Positions 41,545 through 51,121 of a stretch of DNA of 64,000 nt are shown in pieces (position 1 is the stretch's first letter; the number at the start of each line of letters is the position of its first letter). Origin of the DNA: Azoarcus sp. (GTDB lineage: Bacteria > Pseudomonadota > Gammaproteobacteria > Burkholderiales > Rhodocyclaceae). The position numbers and the translations under genes are program-made. The stretch is taken from positions 982 to 64,981 of the forward strand of contig JAIRMC010000033.1 in NCBI GenBank assembly GCA_031258965.1, given 5' to 3'. The notes beneath the pieces are model-generated. The model worked only from the letters and a program-made list of their open reading frames with translations, ran no database searches and was not told where the DNA came from.

Positions 41545-43310
41545 GCTCGCTCTCCGGCCAAGGCCCAGTTTCGCGCCTGCTCAAAGTTGCGCCACAACCG
41601 GGCGTAGACGCCGCCTTGCGCCACCAGCGCATCGTGGCGGCCTTGCTCGGCGAGTCGCCCCTGGTCGAACACCAGAATCTGATCGGCGTCACTGACGGTG
41701 GACAGCCGGTGCGCCACCATTAGCACGGTCTTGCCGCGCATCAGGTTGGAGAGCGCCGCCACCAGTGCGGCCTCGTTCTCCGGGTCGGCAAAGGCCGTGG
41801 CTTCGTCCAGCACCAGGATGGGCCGGTTTTGCAAGATCGCGCGGGCGATGGTGATGCGCTGGCGCTGACCGCCGGAAAGAAACACGCCGCGCTCGCCCGC
41901 GGGCGTGTCGTAGCCTTGCGGCAGCGCCATGATGAAGTCGTGCGCCTGGGCTGCGCGGGCGGCGGCAATGACCTCGTCCATCGTTGCCCCTGGCGCGCCC
42001 AGGCGGATGTTGTTGGCAATGGTATCGGCAAACAGGAAGGTGTCCTGGAACACAAAGGCTACCTGCCGCATCAGCGTCTCGGGCGGCATTTCCCGCACGT
42101 CCACGCCGCCAATCCGGATGCGGCCCGCGCTCGCGTCCCAGAAACGCGGAATCAGCCGCGCCACTGTGGTCTTGCCCGCGCCGGAAGGGCCAACCAGCGC
42201 CGTCACGCCGCCTCGCGGCGCCTCGAAGCTCACGTCCCGCAATACCCATGGCCCATCGTCCGTGTAGCGGAAATCCACGTGCTCGAAGCAGACATTGGCA
42301 TCCAGCGGTTCTTTGCCCTGCGTCGCGTCCGGCGCTGACAGTGGCGGCTCGGCCATCACCTCGTGAATACGGTGAATGCTCATTTGTGTCTTGGCTACCA
42401 AATGCCTGAGCGACATCAGCGGCAATAGGGATTCGGCCATGCCCGTACCCACCAGCAGCGCCGCCAGCCAGGTGGCGGCGTCCAGCGCGTCGCGGTCGAT
42501 CAGCCAGCCGCCAAGCCACACCAGCGCGGCCAGCGTCGGCAGCGGGCTGAGAATGGCGACCGACATGCGCGACGAAAAGCCCGCCATGCGATACCACTGC
42601 AATACGACTTCCACGAATGCATCGAGCGCGCGCTGGTAGCGTTGGAAGGTGCTCGCGCCGGTATCGAAGGTGCGCACTACGGGCATGGCCTGTACATACT
42701 CCACCACCGCCTTGCTGACGTTCTCGCTGGCGGCGTTGTAGCGCGATGCCATCTCGCCTGCGCCGCGCATGCCCAGCGACACCACCGCCATGCCCGCCGC
42801 CAGCACCGCCGTCGCGGCCAGCGCCAGACGCCAGTCCAGCAAGCACAGCAGCGCGAAGGTCAGCACTGGGGAGACGTAGGCGCGCGCATACAACGGCGTG
42901 CTGTCGGCCACGAATATGTGCAGCGCCTTCACGTCGTCCATCATCACTTTGGAGAGCGCTCCGGAACCTGTCTGCTGCACATAGCCTAGCGGCAGGCGCG
43001 CCAGATGCCCGGCAAGATCGGTGCGCAACCGCGTCTCCAGGCGAAAAGCCGCGTAATGTGACTGATTGAATCCGGCCAGCCGCAGCACATGGGCCAGCAT
43101 CGTCAGCACCACGGCCAACACGAGGGAAAACCACGGCCATTGCCCCGGCAACGCAAGCAGGGCATGCATCGCCCATGCCAGCGCGCACAATGCCCCCAGC
43201 GTGACCGCGCTCGCCAGCGCCGCCAGCAGCATGGCAAAGCGAATCTGGCCACGCACGGGCCGCATGATGTCCCAAACGCTAGGCGCACAGCCCGCTCCAT
43301 TACCGCGCAT
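41541..43310 (-). CDS. Siderophore import ABC half-transporter (YbtP-like)
   Basis: SHYAAFRLE, FVADSTP, GPSGAGKT, LSGGQRQR and LDEATAFAD. Start placed at MRGNGA. Confidence 0.9.
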   Translation of the reverse strand: MRGNGAGCAPSVWDIMRPVRGQIRFAMLLAALASAVTLGALCALAWAMHALLALPGQWPWFSLVLAVVLTMLAHVLRLAGFNQSHYAAFRLETRLRTDLAGHLARLPLGYVQQTGSGALSKVMMDDVKALHIFVADSTPLYARAYVSPVLTFALLCLLDWRLALAATAVLAAGMAVVSLGMRGAGEMASRYNAASENVSKAVVEYVQAMPVVRTFDTGASTFQRYQRALDAFVEVVLQWYRMAGFSSRMSVAILSPLPTLAALVWLGGWLIDRDALDAATWLAALLVGTGMAESLLPLMSLRHLVAKTQMSIHRIHEVMAEPPLSAPDATQGKEPLDANVCFEHVDFRYTDDGPWVLRDVSFEAPRGGVTALVGPSGAGKTTVARLIPRFWDASAGRIRIGGVDVREMPPETLMRQVAFVFQDTFLFADTIANNIRLGAPGATMDEVIAAARAAQAHDFIMALPQGYDTPAGERGVFLSGGQRQRITIARAILQNRPILVLDEATAFADPENEAALVAALSNLMRGKTVLMVAHRLSTVSDADQILVFDQGRLAEQGRHDALVAQGGVYARLWRNFEQARNWALAGERA

Positions 43311-44577
43311 GCGTGCCCCCCCCCCGGATTGCGGGAACATCCCGTCCGGCGTATCGCCGAATCACCGCTGTTGCCGCCGCCATCAGCGCCGCGGCGATGC
43401 CAAAACAAACCCCATACCCCCATTGCCCGGCCAGCCAGCCGCCCGCCACGCCGCTGGCGGCGGCCAGCAAGGCATCGGCGCTTTGGAAGATCGTGAAATC
43501 CACCCCCGCCTGTTGCGGCGAGGCAATATCCATCAGCACCGAATACAGCGCCACCCAGGCGCAGCCCATTGCGCCGAACATCAAGCCCACTAGCGCAATC
43601 AGAACCTGTTGCGGCACATTGCCGACGGCGGCGGCTCCCGCCAGCGCGGCCAGCACGCCGGCCTCCAGCCCTACCGCCAGCCATACCGCCCGCCAGCCCG
43701 GCGCGCGCCGCACCAGCGCCCCGCCCAGGAAAGCGCCCGTCAGCCCGGCAAAGACGCTGAATGTACCAAACAGCCAACCCAGCCTTTCAATGCTCACGCC
43801 ATGATCCAGCAGCAACGGCCCCATCATGCTCAAGGTCAGGCGAACGCCGATGCTGCCCAGCAACAGCAGCAACAGGCCGTGCACCACCTGTGGACGCCGC
43901 AAGGCATGCAGCAGGCTGGGCTGGTGCTGGCCGGTCTCTCCCGGGCTGCGGGCCGGCTCGCGTATTGCCAGCATCGGCAAACCCAGCGCCACGATGACCA
44001 GCGCGGTAGCCAGCAACGCCTGCGGCAGCCCAGCTTGGCTGGCAATCAGCAGAAAACCGCCACCGCCCAGCATCGCGCCAACATAACTGCCGCCCACCTG
44101 CGCCACATTGCCCCAACCGCGCTGCTGGCTGGCAAGCTGCTCCACGGTGAAACCGTCACAAGCAATATCCGTCGTTGCCGCGACCAGGGCACTGAGCAGC
44201 AACAAGGTCAGAATCCAGCTACCATGCGTTTGCAGCGGCAGCAGGCCATTGAGGCCCGCCGCTCCCATGCCCAGTAAGATGCCCGCCAGCAGCCACTGCC
44301 CGGCCAGCAGCAGCGTCCGCGAGCGTCGTCGCGGATCATGTGCCGGCAGACGCCAACGCTCCACCATCGGCGCCCAGAGGAATTTCAGCCCCCAGGGCAG
44401 CCACCACAGCGCGGCTAGTCCGGCCATCTGCAAGGTGGCGCCCGCATCGCGCAACAGACTGGGCAGGGACTGTGTGGTGATCGCCGTCAACAAGGTCTGG
44501 CTGATATAAATGCCCGCAATCGCGGGCAAGACCTGCCGCGCACTCAAACGCGGCGAAACATGTGTGGATATCGACAT
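43300..44577 (-). CDS. MFS transporter (YbtX/RhtX/FptX-like)
   Basis: LPWGLKFLWAP, ATTDIACDG and QAGVDFTIFQSAD motifs; about 12 hydrophobic segments. Start at MSISTH. Confidence 0.88.
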   Translation of the reverse strand: MSISTHVSPRLSARQVLPAIAGIYISQTLLTAITTQSLPSLLRDAGATLQMAGLAALWWLPWGLKFLWAPMVERWRLPAHDPRRRSRTLLLAGQWLLAGILLGMGAAGLNGLLPLQTHGSWILTLLLLSALVAATTDIACDGFTVEQLASQQRGWGNVAQVGGSYVGAMLGGGGFLLIASQAGLPQALLATALVIVALGLPMLAIREPARSPGETGQHQPSLLHALRRPQVVHGLLLLLLGSIGVRLTLSMMGPLLLDHGVSIERLGWLFGTFSVFAGLTGAFLGGALVRRAPGWRAVWLAVGLEAGVLAALAGAAAVGNVPQQVLIALVGLMFGAMGCAWVALYSVLMDIASPQQAGVDFTIFQSADALLAAASGVAGGWLAGQWGYGVCFGIAAALMAAATAVIRRYAGRDVPAIRGGGTHAR

Positions 44578-44653
44578 GGGCAAGAACGCTCCAAGGCTTG
44601 GCAACGGCCCGGAGTCATGAATTGTTTGCGGGTAAACCACAAGATGGCGCCAA

Positions 44654-44672
44654 TATTGCTGCATCAGCAATA
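44654..44672. promoter_or_regulatory. 8-bp perfect inverted repeat in the divergent promoter
   Basis: TATTGCTG-CAT-CAGCAATA between the MFS and araC starts; binding partner unknown. Confidence 0.45.
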
Positions 44673-44691
44673 ATCTGAACACAACAACAAC

Positions 44692-44710
44692 GAGCATCAT
44701 TATCATTACA
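44692..44710. promoter_or_regulatory. Fur box
   Basis: Minus strand TGTAATGATAATGATGCTC matches 14/19 to GATAATGATAATCATTATC, in the divergent promoter of an iron-uptake cluster. Confidence 0.8.
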
Positions 44711-44767
44711 ATAAGAAAGGGGCGCTAACGGTTTACGGAAAAAATTTGACGTTTTCAGGAAAAAATT

Positions 44768-45754
44768 ATGGCAGGGACGACAGAGACGGCATCCGACCAG
44801 TTGGTGCTCGAACCATGCAAACTGCAAGAAACCGGGCTGGAAGGCGTGCCGGAAAAATGGCAACTTGCCATGCACATGCACCAGCCCTGCGAAGGGCTGT
44901 ATATCAGTTGTATCAATGGCCGCCCTGGCAGCGACTGGATTTTCCGGGCCGAAGGGCCGCATGCCTTCAGCATAAACATCCTGCTCGAAGGGCGCATGCA
45001 GACCGCCTTCGATGACGGCGACGTGCTCGATGCCCAGGCGGGTTCCGCTACCCTGATGGCCACGTGTCAAGACACCACCGGCTGGGATGCGCTCAATGGC
45101 AAATCCGGGAGCGTCTTTCGCATGGTCAGTATCCATATGCCGCAAACCGTCATGAGCGGCCTTACCGGGCTACAGATGGATGACTTGCGCAGCCGGACGC
45201 GCGCCAGCCTCGGCAACCAGCAGCATATCGACGCCTTCCTCGGCATCATGCCCGCCTCCAGCAGCCTGCAACGCGTAGCTTGCGACCTCATCGACTTCGG
45301 CTGCGCCTACTTCGGCCCCCGCCTCTCGCACAATTTGTACCTGCACGCCAAGGCGTTGGAAGCCATTGCCTGCTTCCTGAGGGAGAACCTGACACAGCGG
45401 GAGGCCGACTTGCCCGTGCCCACCGACTGCCCCCGTTTACTCGAAGCGCACGCCCTGCTAGAGCAGACCTATAGCGAGGACTGGAATGTGCTGTCCCTGG
45501 CGCGGATCGTCGGACTCAACGAGAAACGTCTGCAATCGGGCTTCCGGGCCTTGTTCGGCTGCTCGGTCTACGCATGCCTGACGCGCATCCGCATCAACGC
45601 CGCCGTCGCCTTGTTGCAGCGCGGCGCCAGCGTGACCGAAACTGCCGCCAGTTGCGGCTTCGCCAGCCTCAGCCACTTCAGCCGGATATTCCGCAACCAC
45701 ACAGGCGTCTCGCCCAAGCAATGCGCCCTGGGCATCAAGCCGCCAACGCCCTGA
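44768..45754 (+). CDS. AraC-family activator (YbtA/PchR-like)
   Basis: LHAKALE, C-terminal double HTH (LARIVGLNEKRLQSGF...CGFASLSHFSRIF); divergent from the siderophore transport genes. Confidence 0.92.
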   Translation: MAGTTETASDQLVLEPCKLQETGLEGVPEKWQLAMHMHQPCEGLYISCINGRPGSDWIFRAEGPHAFSINILLEGRMQTAFDDGDVLDAQAGSATLMATCQDTTGWDALNGKSGSVFRMVSIHMPQTVMSGLTGLQMDDLRSRTRASLGNQQHIDAFLGIMPASSSLQRVACDLIDFGCAYFGPRLSHNLYLHAKALEAIACFLRENLTQREADLPVPTDCPRLLEAHALLEQTYSEDWNVLSLARIVGLNEKRLQSGFRALFGCSVYACLTRIRINAAVALLQRGASVTETAASCGFASLSHFSRIFRNHTGVSPKQCALGIKPPTP

Positions 45755-45764
45755 TGGTTGTTTT

Positions 45765-45797
45765 GTCTGTCTCCGGACGCCCAGAGCGCGGACAGAC
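45765..45797. terminator. Possible stem-loop between the convergent araC and hslO genes
   Basis: GTCTGTC...GACAGAC inverted repeat with TTTT on its left; long loop, weak case. Confidence 0.3.
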
Positions 45798-45905
45798 CAT
45801 ACAAGCAGCATCCTCGCCCCATGTCGCGCTTGCCCGAATTGGAAAGCGGCAAGCCGCTCGGGCGGAAATTCAAGCGTTACCCCATCGGGTATCGAATACG
45901 GCGTT

Positions 45906-46790
45906 TCAGTGCAAGGTTCGCAACTGGAAAATCGCGTCGATGTCCTTGCTGCCGAAGCGGTAGGTGTGATTCGACAACTCATCGCGGATCACGAGTTCGC
46001 CGCGTTCGGCCAGCGCGGCGCGGATTTCCTTCTCACCCACGGTGCGCAGCATGGCGGCGACCTTTTCCGGCTCGGGCGGCCAATGGTGGGTCACGGCGCG
46101 AGCGGCGTAAAGACGTACGTCTTCTTCGGTGAAAAGCCGGTGGAGCAAGGCGGGAGAGGTGAGAACGAGCAACTCGCCAGGCTTCACCGTGTCGGCCAGG
46201 GTCGTGATGCGCGTCCAGCCGTCGGCATCCCGTGCGTCGGCACCGGGGAGTTTTTGCAGGAATAGCGCGGCGCTGGCGGTTTCATCGCAGGCGAGCCACA
46301 GCCTAGCGGGCTGCTGTCCGGATTGTTCGAGATAGCATGTGAATATATCGGCGATGCTGCCCCCCGCAAGCGGCACGAAGCTTTGGTAAGGCTGTCCCAG
46401 GCCTTCCGTTTCCAGGCTCAGTTGCAGGCGGCCACCGCCAACCAGCGACAGTGAATCCCCGTCCGCGATACCGGCCCCTGGCCCGGCCTTGGCGTAGCCG
46501 CGCAAATTGAGCGACGCCGTACAATCGACCACAAGCAGGCTCACCGGGCCGCTTCCCTGTATCTGGAAGGTAAGCCGTCCCGATTGTTTGAGATTACCGG
46601 CAATCACGGCGGAGACGGCTGCCATCTCGCCAAGCAGTTTCGCCACGGCAGCCGGATAGGCGCGGTTGTGCAACAAAGCCCGCCACACGCCGGTAAGGCG
46701 CACGATGCTGCCGCGAATGTCGAGGTTTTCCAGCAAAAAACACTGAATGAAACTGGCAGGGTTCATCGGGCGGCACTCATACCACGACAC
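45906..46790 (-). CDS. hslO: Hsp33 family chaperone, variant lacking the C-terminal CxC/CxxC motifs
   Basis: [52 protein letters not shown] and LQKLP motifs. Confidence 0.9.
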   Translation of the reverse strand: MSWYECRPMNPASFIQCFLLENLDIRGSIVRLTGVWRALLHNRAYPAAVAKLLGEMAAVSAVIAGNLKQSGRLTFQIQGSGPVSLLVVDCTASLNLRGYAKAGPGAGIADGDSLSLVGGGRLQLSLETEGLGQPYQSFVPLAGGSIADIFTCYLEQSGQQPARLWLACDETASAALFLQKLPGADARDADGWTRITTLADTVKPGELLVLTSPALLHRLFTEEDVRLYAARAVTHHWPPEPEKVAAMLRTVGEKEIRAALAERGELVIRDELSNHTYRFGSKDIDAIFQLRTLH

Positions 46791-46838
46791 GCTGTACGTT
46801 CATGCGGCGAAAAGGCTCCCCGCCCCATGGCAAAACGC

Positions 46839-48245
46839 TCAGACATTCGCCTTTCCAGGCGGGTTGTTTTCAGGCGGGCTGAAATACTCCCGCGCCAGTT
46901 TGAACACGACCGGGCTGAGCAGCAACAGGGCGATCAGGTTGGGAATCGCCATCAGGCCATTGAAAAGGTCGGCGAGATCCCACACCAGGCTCAGCTTGGC
47001 AGTGGCCCCGACGGGAACGATCAATGTGAAGACGACCCGGTAAGGCAGCGCCGCCTTGTGACCAAAAAGGTAGATCACGCACCGCTCGCCATACACGCAC
47101 CACCCGAGGATGGTGGAAAAAGCGAACAGCACCAGCCCGATAGTGACCAGCCAGGAACCAAACTCGCCCATGGCGGCGCTGAACGCCTGGGAAGTCAGTA
47201 TGCCCGCTCCGGCATCCCCGATGCCGGGAGCCATCCATTGCCCGGAGATCAGGATGACGAGCGCGGAAATCGTACAAACGATGATCGTGTCGATGAACGG
47301 ATCGAGCATCCCGAGCAGGCCCTGCTTGACCGGGTTATCGACAATGGCCGTGGCATGCGCGATCGGCGCGCTGCCCAGGCCGGCTTCATTGGAAAACAGG
47401 CCGCGCGCCACCCCGAACCGGATAGCCGCCGCGATGCTTGCCCCGGCGAAACCGCCGACTGCCGCATGACCGTACAGCGCGCTCTCGAAAATCAGGCGGA
47501 ACGCGCCCGGTACTTTCTCGATATTGACCGCGAGCACGATCAGCCCGCCGGCGACATAGATCAACGCCATCGCGGGCACCAGCGTGCCCGCGACCAGGCC
47601 GATGCGCTTGACGCCGCCGATCAGCACCGCGCCCGCCAGTACCAGCAGTACAACGGCAATGACCCACGGCTCCAGGACCAGCCCGTAGTCGGCGCCCAGC
47701 TTGACTACGTTTGCCGCGACCGAGTTGGCCTGCGTCATGTTGCCGATCCCGAAGGAGGCCACCATACCGAAAATGGCGAACAAGGCCGCCAGCCACTGCC
47801 AGCGCGCGCCCAGCCCGTTCTTGATGTAGTACATCGGTCCGCCGACGAATTTGCCGTCCGGCGTCACCTCGCGGAACTTGACCGCCAGCGTGGCCTCGCA
47901 GAACTTGGTGGCCATCCCCACGAGCGCCGTCACCCACATCCAGAACACCGCTCCCGGCCCGCCCATGAGGATGGCGGTCGCGACCCCGACGATATTGCCG
48001 GTGCCTATCGTGCCCGCCAGTGAGGTCATCAGCGCGCGGAAGGGCGTCAACTCGCCCTCGTGGCCGGGATGGCCTCGCCGTCCCCGCCACATCGTGGCGA
48101 ACGCATGGGGCAACTCCCGCCATGGCATGAAACGAAGGCCGATAGTCAGCGCCACCCCGACAACCAACAGCAAGGGAATCAATACATACGGCCCCCAGAC
48201 AACGCTATCGATGTCGCCCACCAGCTTGGCGAATGATTCCAGCAT
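46839..48245 (-). CDS. Alanine/glycine:cation symporter (AGCS family)
   Basis: LAGTIGTGNIVGVA, GGPGAVFWMW, GGPMYYI, RGLFSNEAGLGSAPIAHA, FIDTIIVC. Start at MLESFA after GGAGG. Confidence 0.95.
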   Translation of the reverse strand: MLESFAKLVGDIDSVVWGPYVLIPLLLVVGVALTIGLRFMPWRELPHAFATMWRGRRGHPGHEGELTPFRALMTSLAGTIGTGNIVGVATAILMGGPGAVFWMWVTALVGMATKFCEATLAVKFREVTPDGKFVGGPMYYIKNGLGARWQWLAALFAIFGMVASFGIGNMTQANSVAANVVKLGADYGLVLEPWVIAVVLLVLAGAVLIGGVKRIGLVAGTLVPAMALIYVAGGLIVLAVNIEKVPGAFRLIFESALYGHAAVGGFAGASIAAAIRFGVARGLFSNEAGLGSAPIAHATAIVDNPVKQGLLGMLDPFIDTIIVCTISALVILISGQWMAPGIGDAGAGILTSQAFSAAMGEFGSWLVTIGLVLFAFSTILGWCVYGERCVIYLFGHKAALPYRVVFTLIVPVGATAKLSLVWDLADLFNGLMAIPNLIALLLLSPVVFKLAREYFSPPENNPPGKANV

Positions 48246-48530
48246 TACCGGTCCCTCCAATGAGATAGGGTGTGATTGGCAAGACCGTGTAAGGGTACGA
48301 TATCTTGCGCCGCGTGTGTCAATATGTGGAACGGTTTCCTGCCGCCGTGCGAAGCCGGCTCTCGGCATCCCCGCTCGTCCAGGTCCGCCGTCAATGACAA
48401 TTGACTCAACCGGCGCGTCCTTGGACGGCGGCAGCCATACATATCGCTTTGGCGCTAGAATCTGCGCCTGTTCTGTCCCCCAGGCGGGGGCTTTTCCGAC
48501 TGACCTTTCAACCGCGGGAGAATCCGAAAA

Positions 48531-49451
48531 ATGTCAATGGCTGATCGTGACGGCTTCATCTGGAAAGACGGCAAGCTCGTCCCATGGCGTGAGGCAACCA
48601 CGCACATACTGACCCATTCCCTGCACTACGGCCTTGCGGTATTCGAGGGCGTGCGCGCTTACGACACCGCCAACGGCACGGCGATCTTCCGATTGGTCGA
48701 ACACACCCTTCGGCTGCTCAACTCCTGCCGCATCTACATGATGGACATTCCCTATTCGCAGCAAGACCTGATGGAAGCGCAAAAAGAAGTCGTGCGCGTC
48801 AACAAGCTCAAGGAATGCTATATCCGCCCCATCGTGTTCTACGGTTCGGAAAAAATGGGCGTCTCCACCGTGGGGGCCTCGGTACATGTGGCGATCGCCG
48901 CCTGGCCCTGGGGCGCTTATCTTGGCGAGGAAGCCATCGAGCACGGCATCCGCGTCAAGGTGTCTTCATTCGCCCGGCATCACGTCAACGTCACTATGCC
49001 GCGCGCCAAGCTCGCGGGCGCCTATACCAATTCCATCCTTGCCAATCTCGAAGTCACCCGCGACGGCTACGATGAGGCGCTGCTGCTCGACACGCAAGGC
49101 TTCGTCGCCGAAGGCTCGGGCGAGAACCTTTTCATTGTCAAGAACGGGGTGCTGATCGAGCCGGAAATTGCTTCGGCGCTCACCGGCATCACCCGCGAAT
49201 CGGTCATCCAGATCGCGCACGACCTGGGCCTCGAAGTGCAATCGCACCGCCTGACCCGCGACGACATCTATCTCGCCGACGAAGCTTTCTTCACCGGCAC
49301 CGCCGCCGAGATCACGCCGATCCGGGAACTCGACAACCGCCCCATCGGCGGCGGCAGGCGCGGTCCGATCACCACGAAATTGCAGGCTAAGTTCTTCGAC
49401 ATCGTCAGCGGCCAAGCGCCCAAATACAAACACTGGCTAACCAGGGTCTAA
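48531..49451 (+). CDS. ilvE: Branched-chain amino acid aminotransferase
   Basis: HSLHYGLAVFEG, YIRP, AKLAGAY (PLP Lys), EGSGENLF, FFTGTAAEITP. Confidence 0.97.
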   Translation: MSMADRDGFIWKDGKLVPWREATTHILTHSLHYGLAVFEGVRAYDTANGTAIFRLVEHTLRLLNSCRIYMMDIPYSQQDLMEAQKEVVRVNKLKECYIRPIVFYGSEKMGVSTVGASVHVAIAAWPWGAYLGEEAIEHGIRVKVSSFARHHVNVTMPRAKLAGAYTNSILANLEVTRDGYDEALLLDTQGFVAEGSGENLFIVKNGVLIEPEIASALTGITRESVIQIAHDLGLEVQSHRLTRDDIYLADEAFFTGTAAEITPIRELDNRPIGGGRRGPITTKLQAKFFDIVSGQAPKYKHWLTRV

Positions 49452-49458
49452 GCGCGCC

Positions 49459-49665
49459 ATGACAATGCCGGGTACCGAAACACCTCCCGAGGCGATCCCG
49501 GTCGGCATCGCCGACTTGCCGCTCGTCTGTCCGCGCCCTGGCGAACCGCTGTGGGCGCGGCATCCGCGCGTTGTTCTCGATGTGCTAACGGAGGGGCATG
49601 TCGCCTGTCCCTACTGCGGCACGCGCTACGTCTTTACTGGCGAACGCCCGAAAGGGCATTACTGA
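49459..49665 (+). CDS. Small zinc-finger (zf-CHCC) protein
   Basis: CP...HPRV...CPYCGTRY pattern; typical position after ilvE. Confidence 0.85.
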   Translation: MTMPGTETPPEAIPVGIADLPLVCPRPGEPLWARHPRVVLDVLTEGHVACPYCGTRYVFTGERPKGHY

Positions 49666-49679
49666 ACTGAACCGAACGC

Positions 49680-51065
49680 ATGGCAACCCATACGCTCCCC
49701 GCCGCTGAAATCTTCAAGGCTTACGACATCCGCGGCATCGTCGGCAAGACCCTTACCCCTGAATCCGTGCGCGCCATCGGCCACGCCCTGGGCAGCGAGG
49801 CCGCCGCGCGCGGCCAACGAGCCATCGTCATCGGACGCGACGGGCGGCTTTCCGGCCCCGAACTGGCTGGCGCGCTCGCCGAAGGCATTCGCGCCGCAGG
49901 TATCGACATCATCGACATCGGCTGCGCGCCCACGCCGGTAACCTATTTTGCCGCGCATCACCTCGGCGTTCATTCCTGCGTTTCCGTCACGGGCAGCCAT
50001 AACCCGCCCGATTACAACGGCCTCAAGATGGTGCTCGGCGGCGAAACGCTGCATGGCGGCAAAATCCTTGCCCTGCGCCAGCGCATCGCCGACGGCGATC
50101 TCAGCCACGGCGCGGGCGCGGCCAGCAGGGCAGAGGTACTCGACGACTACATCGCCCGCATCGCCGGCGACATCCGGCTCGCGCGCCCGATGAAAATCGT
50201 CATCGACTGCGGCAACGGCGTGGCCGGCGCGCTTGCTCCGGCGCTATTCCGCCGCCTGGGCTGCGAGGTGGGCGCGCTCTATTGCGAGGTCGACGGGCGC
50301 TTTCCCAACCACCATCCCGACCCGTCCAAGCCGGAAAATCTCCGCGACCTCATCCGCATACTTGCCGAAGGCGATGCCGAACTCGGCTTGGCTTTCGACG
50401 GCGATGGCGACCGGCTCGGCGTTGTCGCCCAAGACGGCGAAATCATCTACCCCGACCGTCAACTGATGCTGTTCGCCGCCGACGTACTCGAAAGGGCGCC
50501 GGGCGGCGAAATCATCTACGACGTCAAATGCACCCGCAATCTCGCGGGCTGGATACGCGCGCGCGGCGGCAAACCGACGATGTGGAACACCGGCCACGCC
50601 TTGGTAAAAGCCAAGCTCAAGGAAACCGGCGCGCCGCTCGCGGGCGAGATGAGCGGCCACATGTTTTTCAAGGAACGCTGGTACGGGTTCGACGATGGTC
50701 TTTACGCCGGAGCGCGGCTGCTCGAAATCCTCTCGAAAACCGCCGACGGCAACACTACGCTCAAGGCGCTGCCCAACGCGGTGTGCACGCCGGAACTCAA
50801 CATCGAAATGAACGAGGGCGAGCCGTTCGAGCTTGTGCGGCGGTTGCGTGAGCAGGCCGGATTCGACGGTGCGACGGAAATCATCACGCTGGACGGCGTG
50901 CGCACGGAGTATGCCGACGGATTCGGACTCGCCCGTCCTTCCAATACCACGCCGGTCGTCGTGCTGCGTTTCGAGGCCGACAGCGCCGCCGCGCTCGCCC
51001 GCATCCAGCAAGCGTTCCGCGCCGCCATCGAGGGCGTGTGGCCGGGTTTGGCGCTGCCGTTTTAG
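49680..51065 (+). CDS. Phosphomannomutase/phosphoglucomutase (AlgC-like)
   Basis: FKAYDIRG, TGSHNP (phospho-Ser), FDGDGDR, GEMSGH and RPSNT motifs. Confidence 0.97.
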   Translation: MATHTLPAAEIFKAYDIRGIVGKTLTPESVRAIGHALGSEAAARGQRAIVIGRDGRLSGPELAGALAEGIRAAGIDIIDIGCAPTPVTYFAAHHLGVHSCVSVTGSHNPPDYNGLKMVLGGETLHGGKILALRQRIADGDLSHGAGAASRAEVLDDYIARIAGDIRLARPMKIVIDCGNGVAGALAPALFRRLGCEVGALYCEVDGRFPNHHPDPSKPENLRDLIRILAEGDAELGLAFDGDGDRLGVVAQDGEIIYPDRQLMLFAADVLERAPGGEIIYDVKCTRNLAGWIRARGGKPTMWNTGHALVKAKLKETGAPLAGEMSGHMFFKERWYGFDDGLYAGARLLEILSKTADGNTTLKALPNAVCTPELNIEMNEGEPFELVRRLREQAGFDGATEIITLDGVRTEYADGFGLARPSNTTPVVVLRFEADSAAALARIQQAFRAAIEGVWPGLALPF

Positions 51066-51121
51066 AATCCGGGACTGGACACGCGGCGCGGCGCGGCCTG
51101 AAGGCGCGCGTCCCGCAAGCG

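Noticed and set aside
48246-48530. Glycine riboswitch upstream of the AGCS symporter
   Set aside because: Expected from family context, but the conserved GGAGA/CCGAAG/CTCTCAGG elements are not present.
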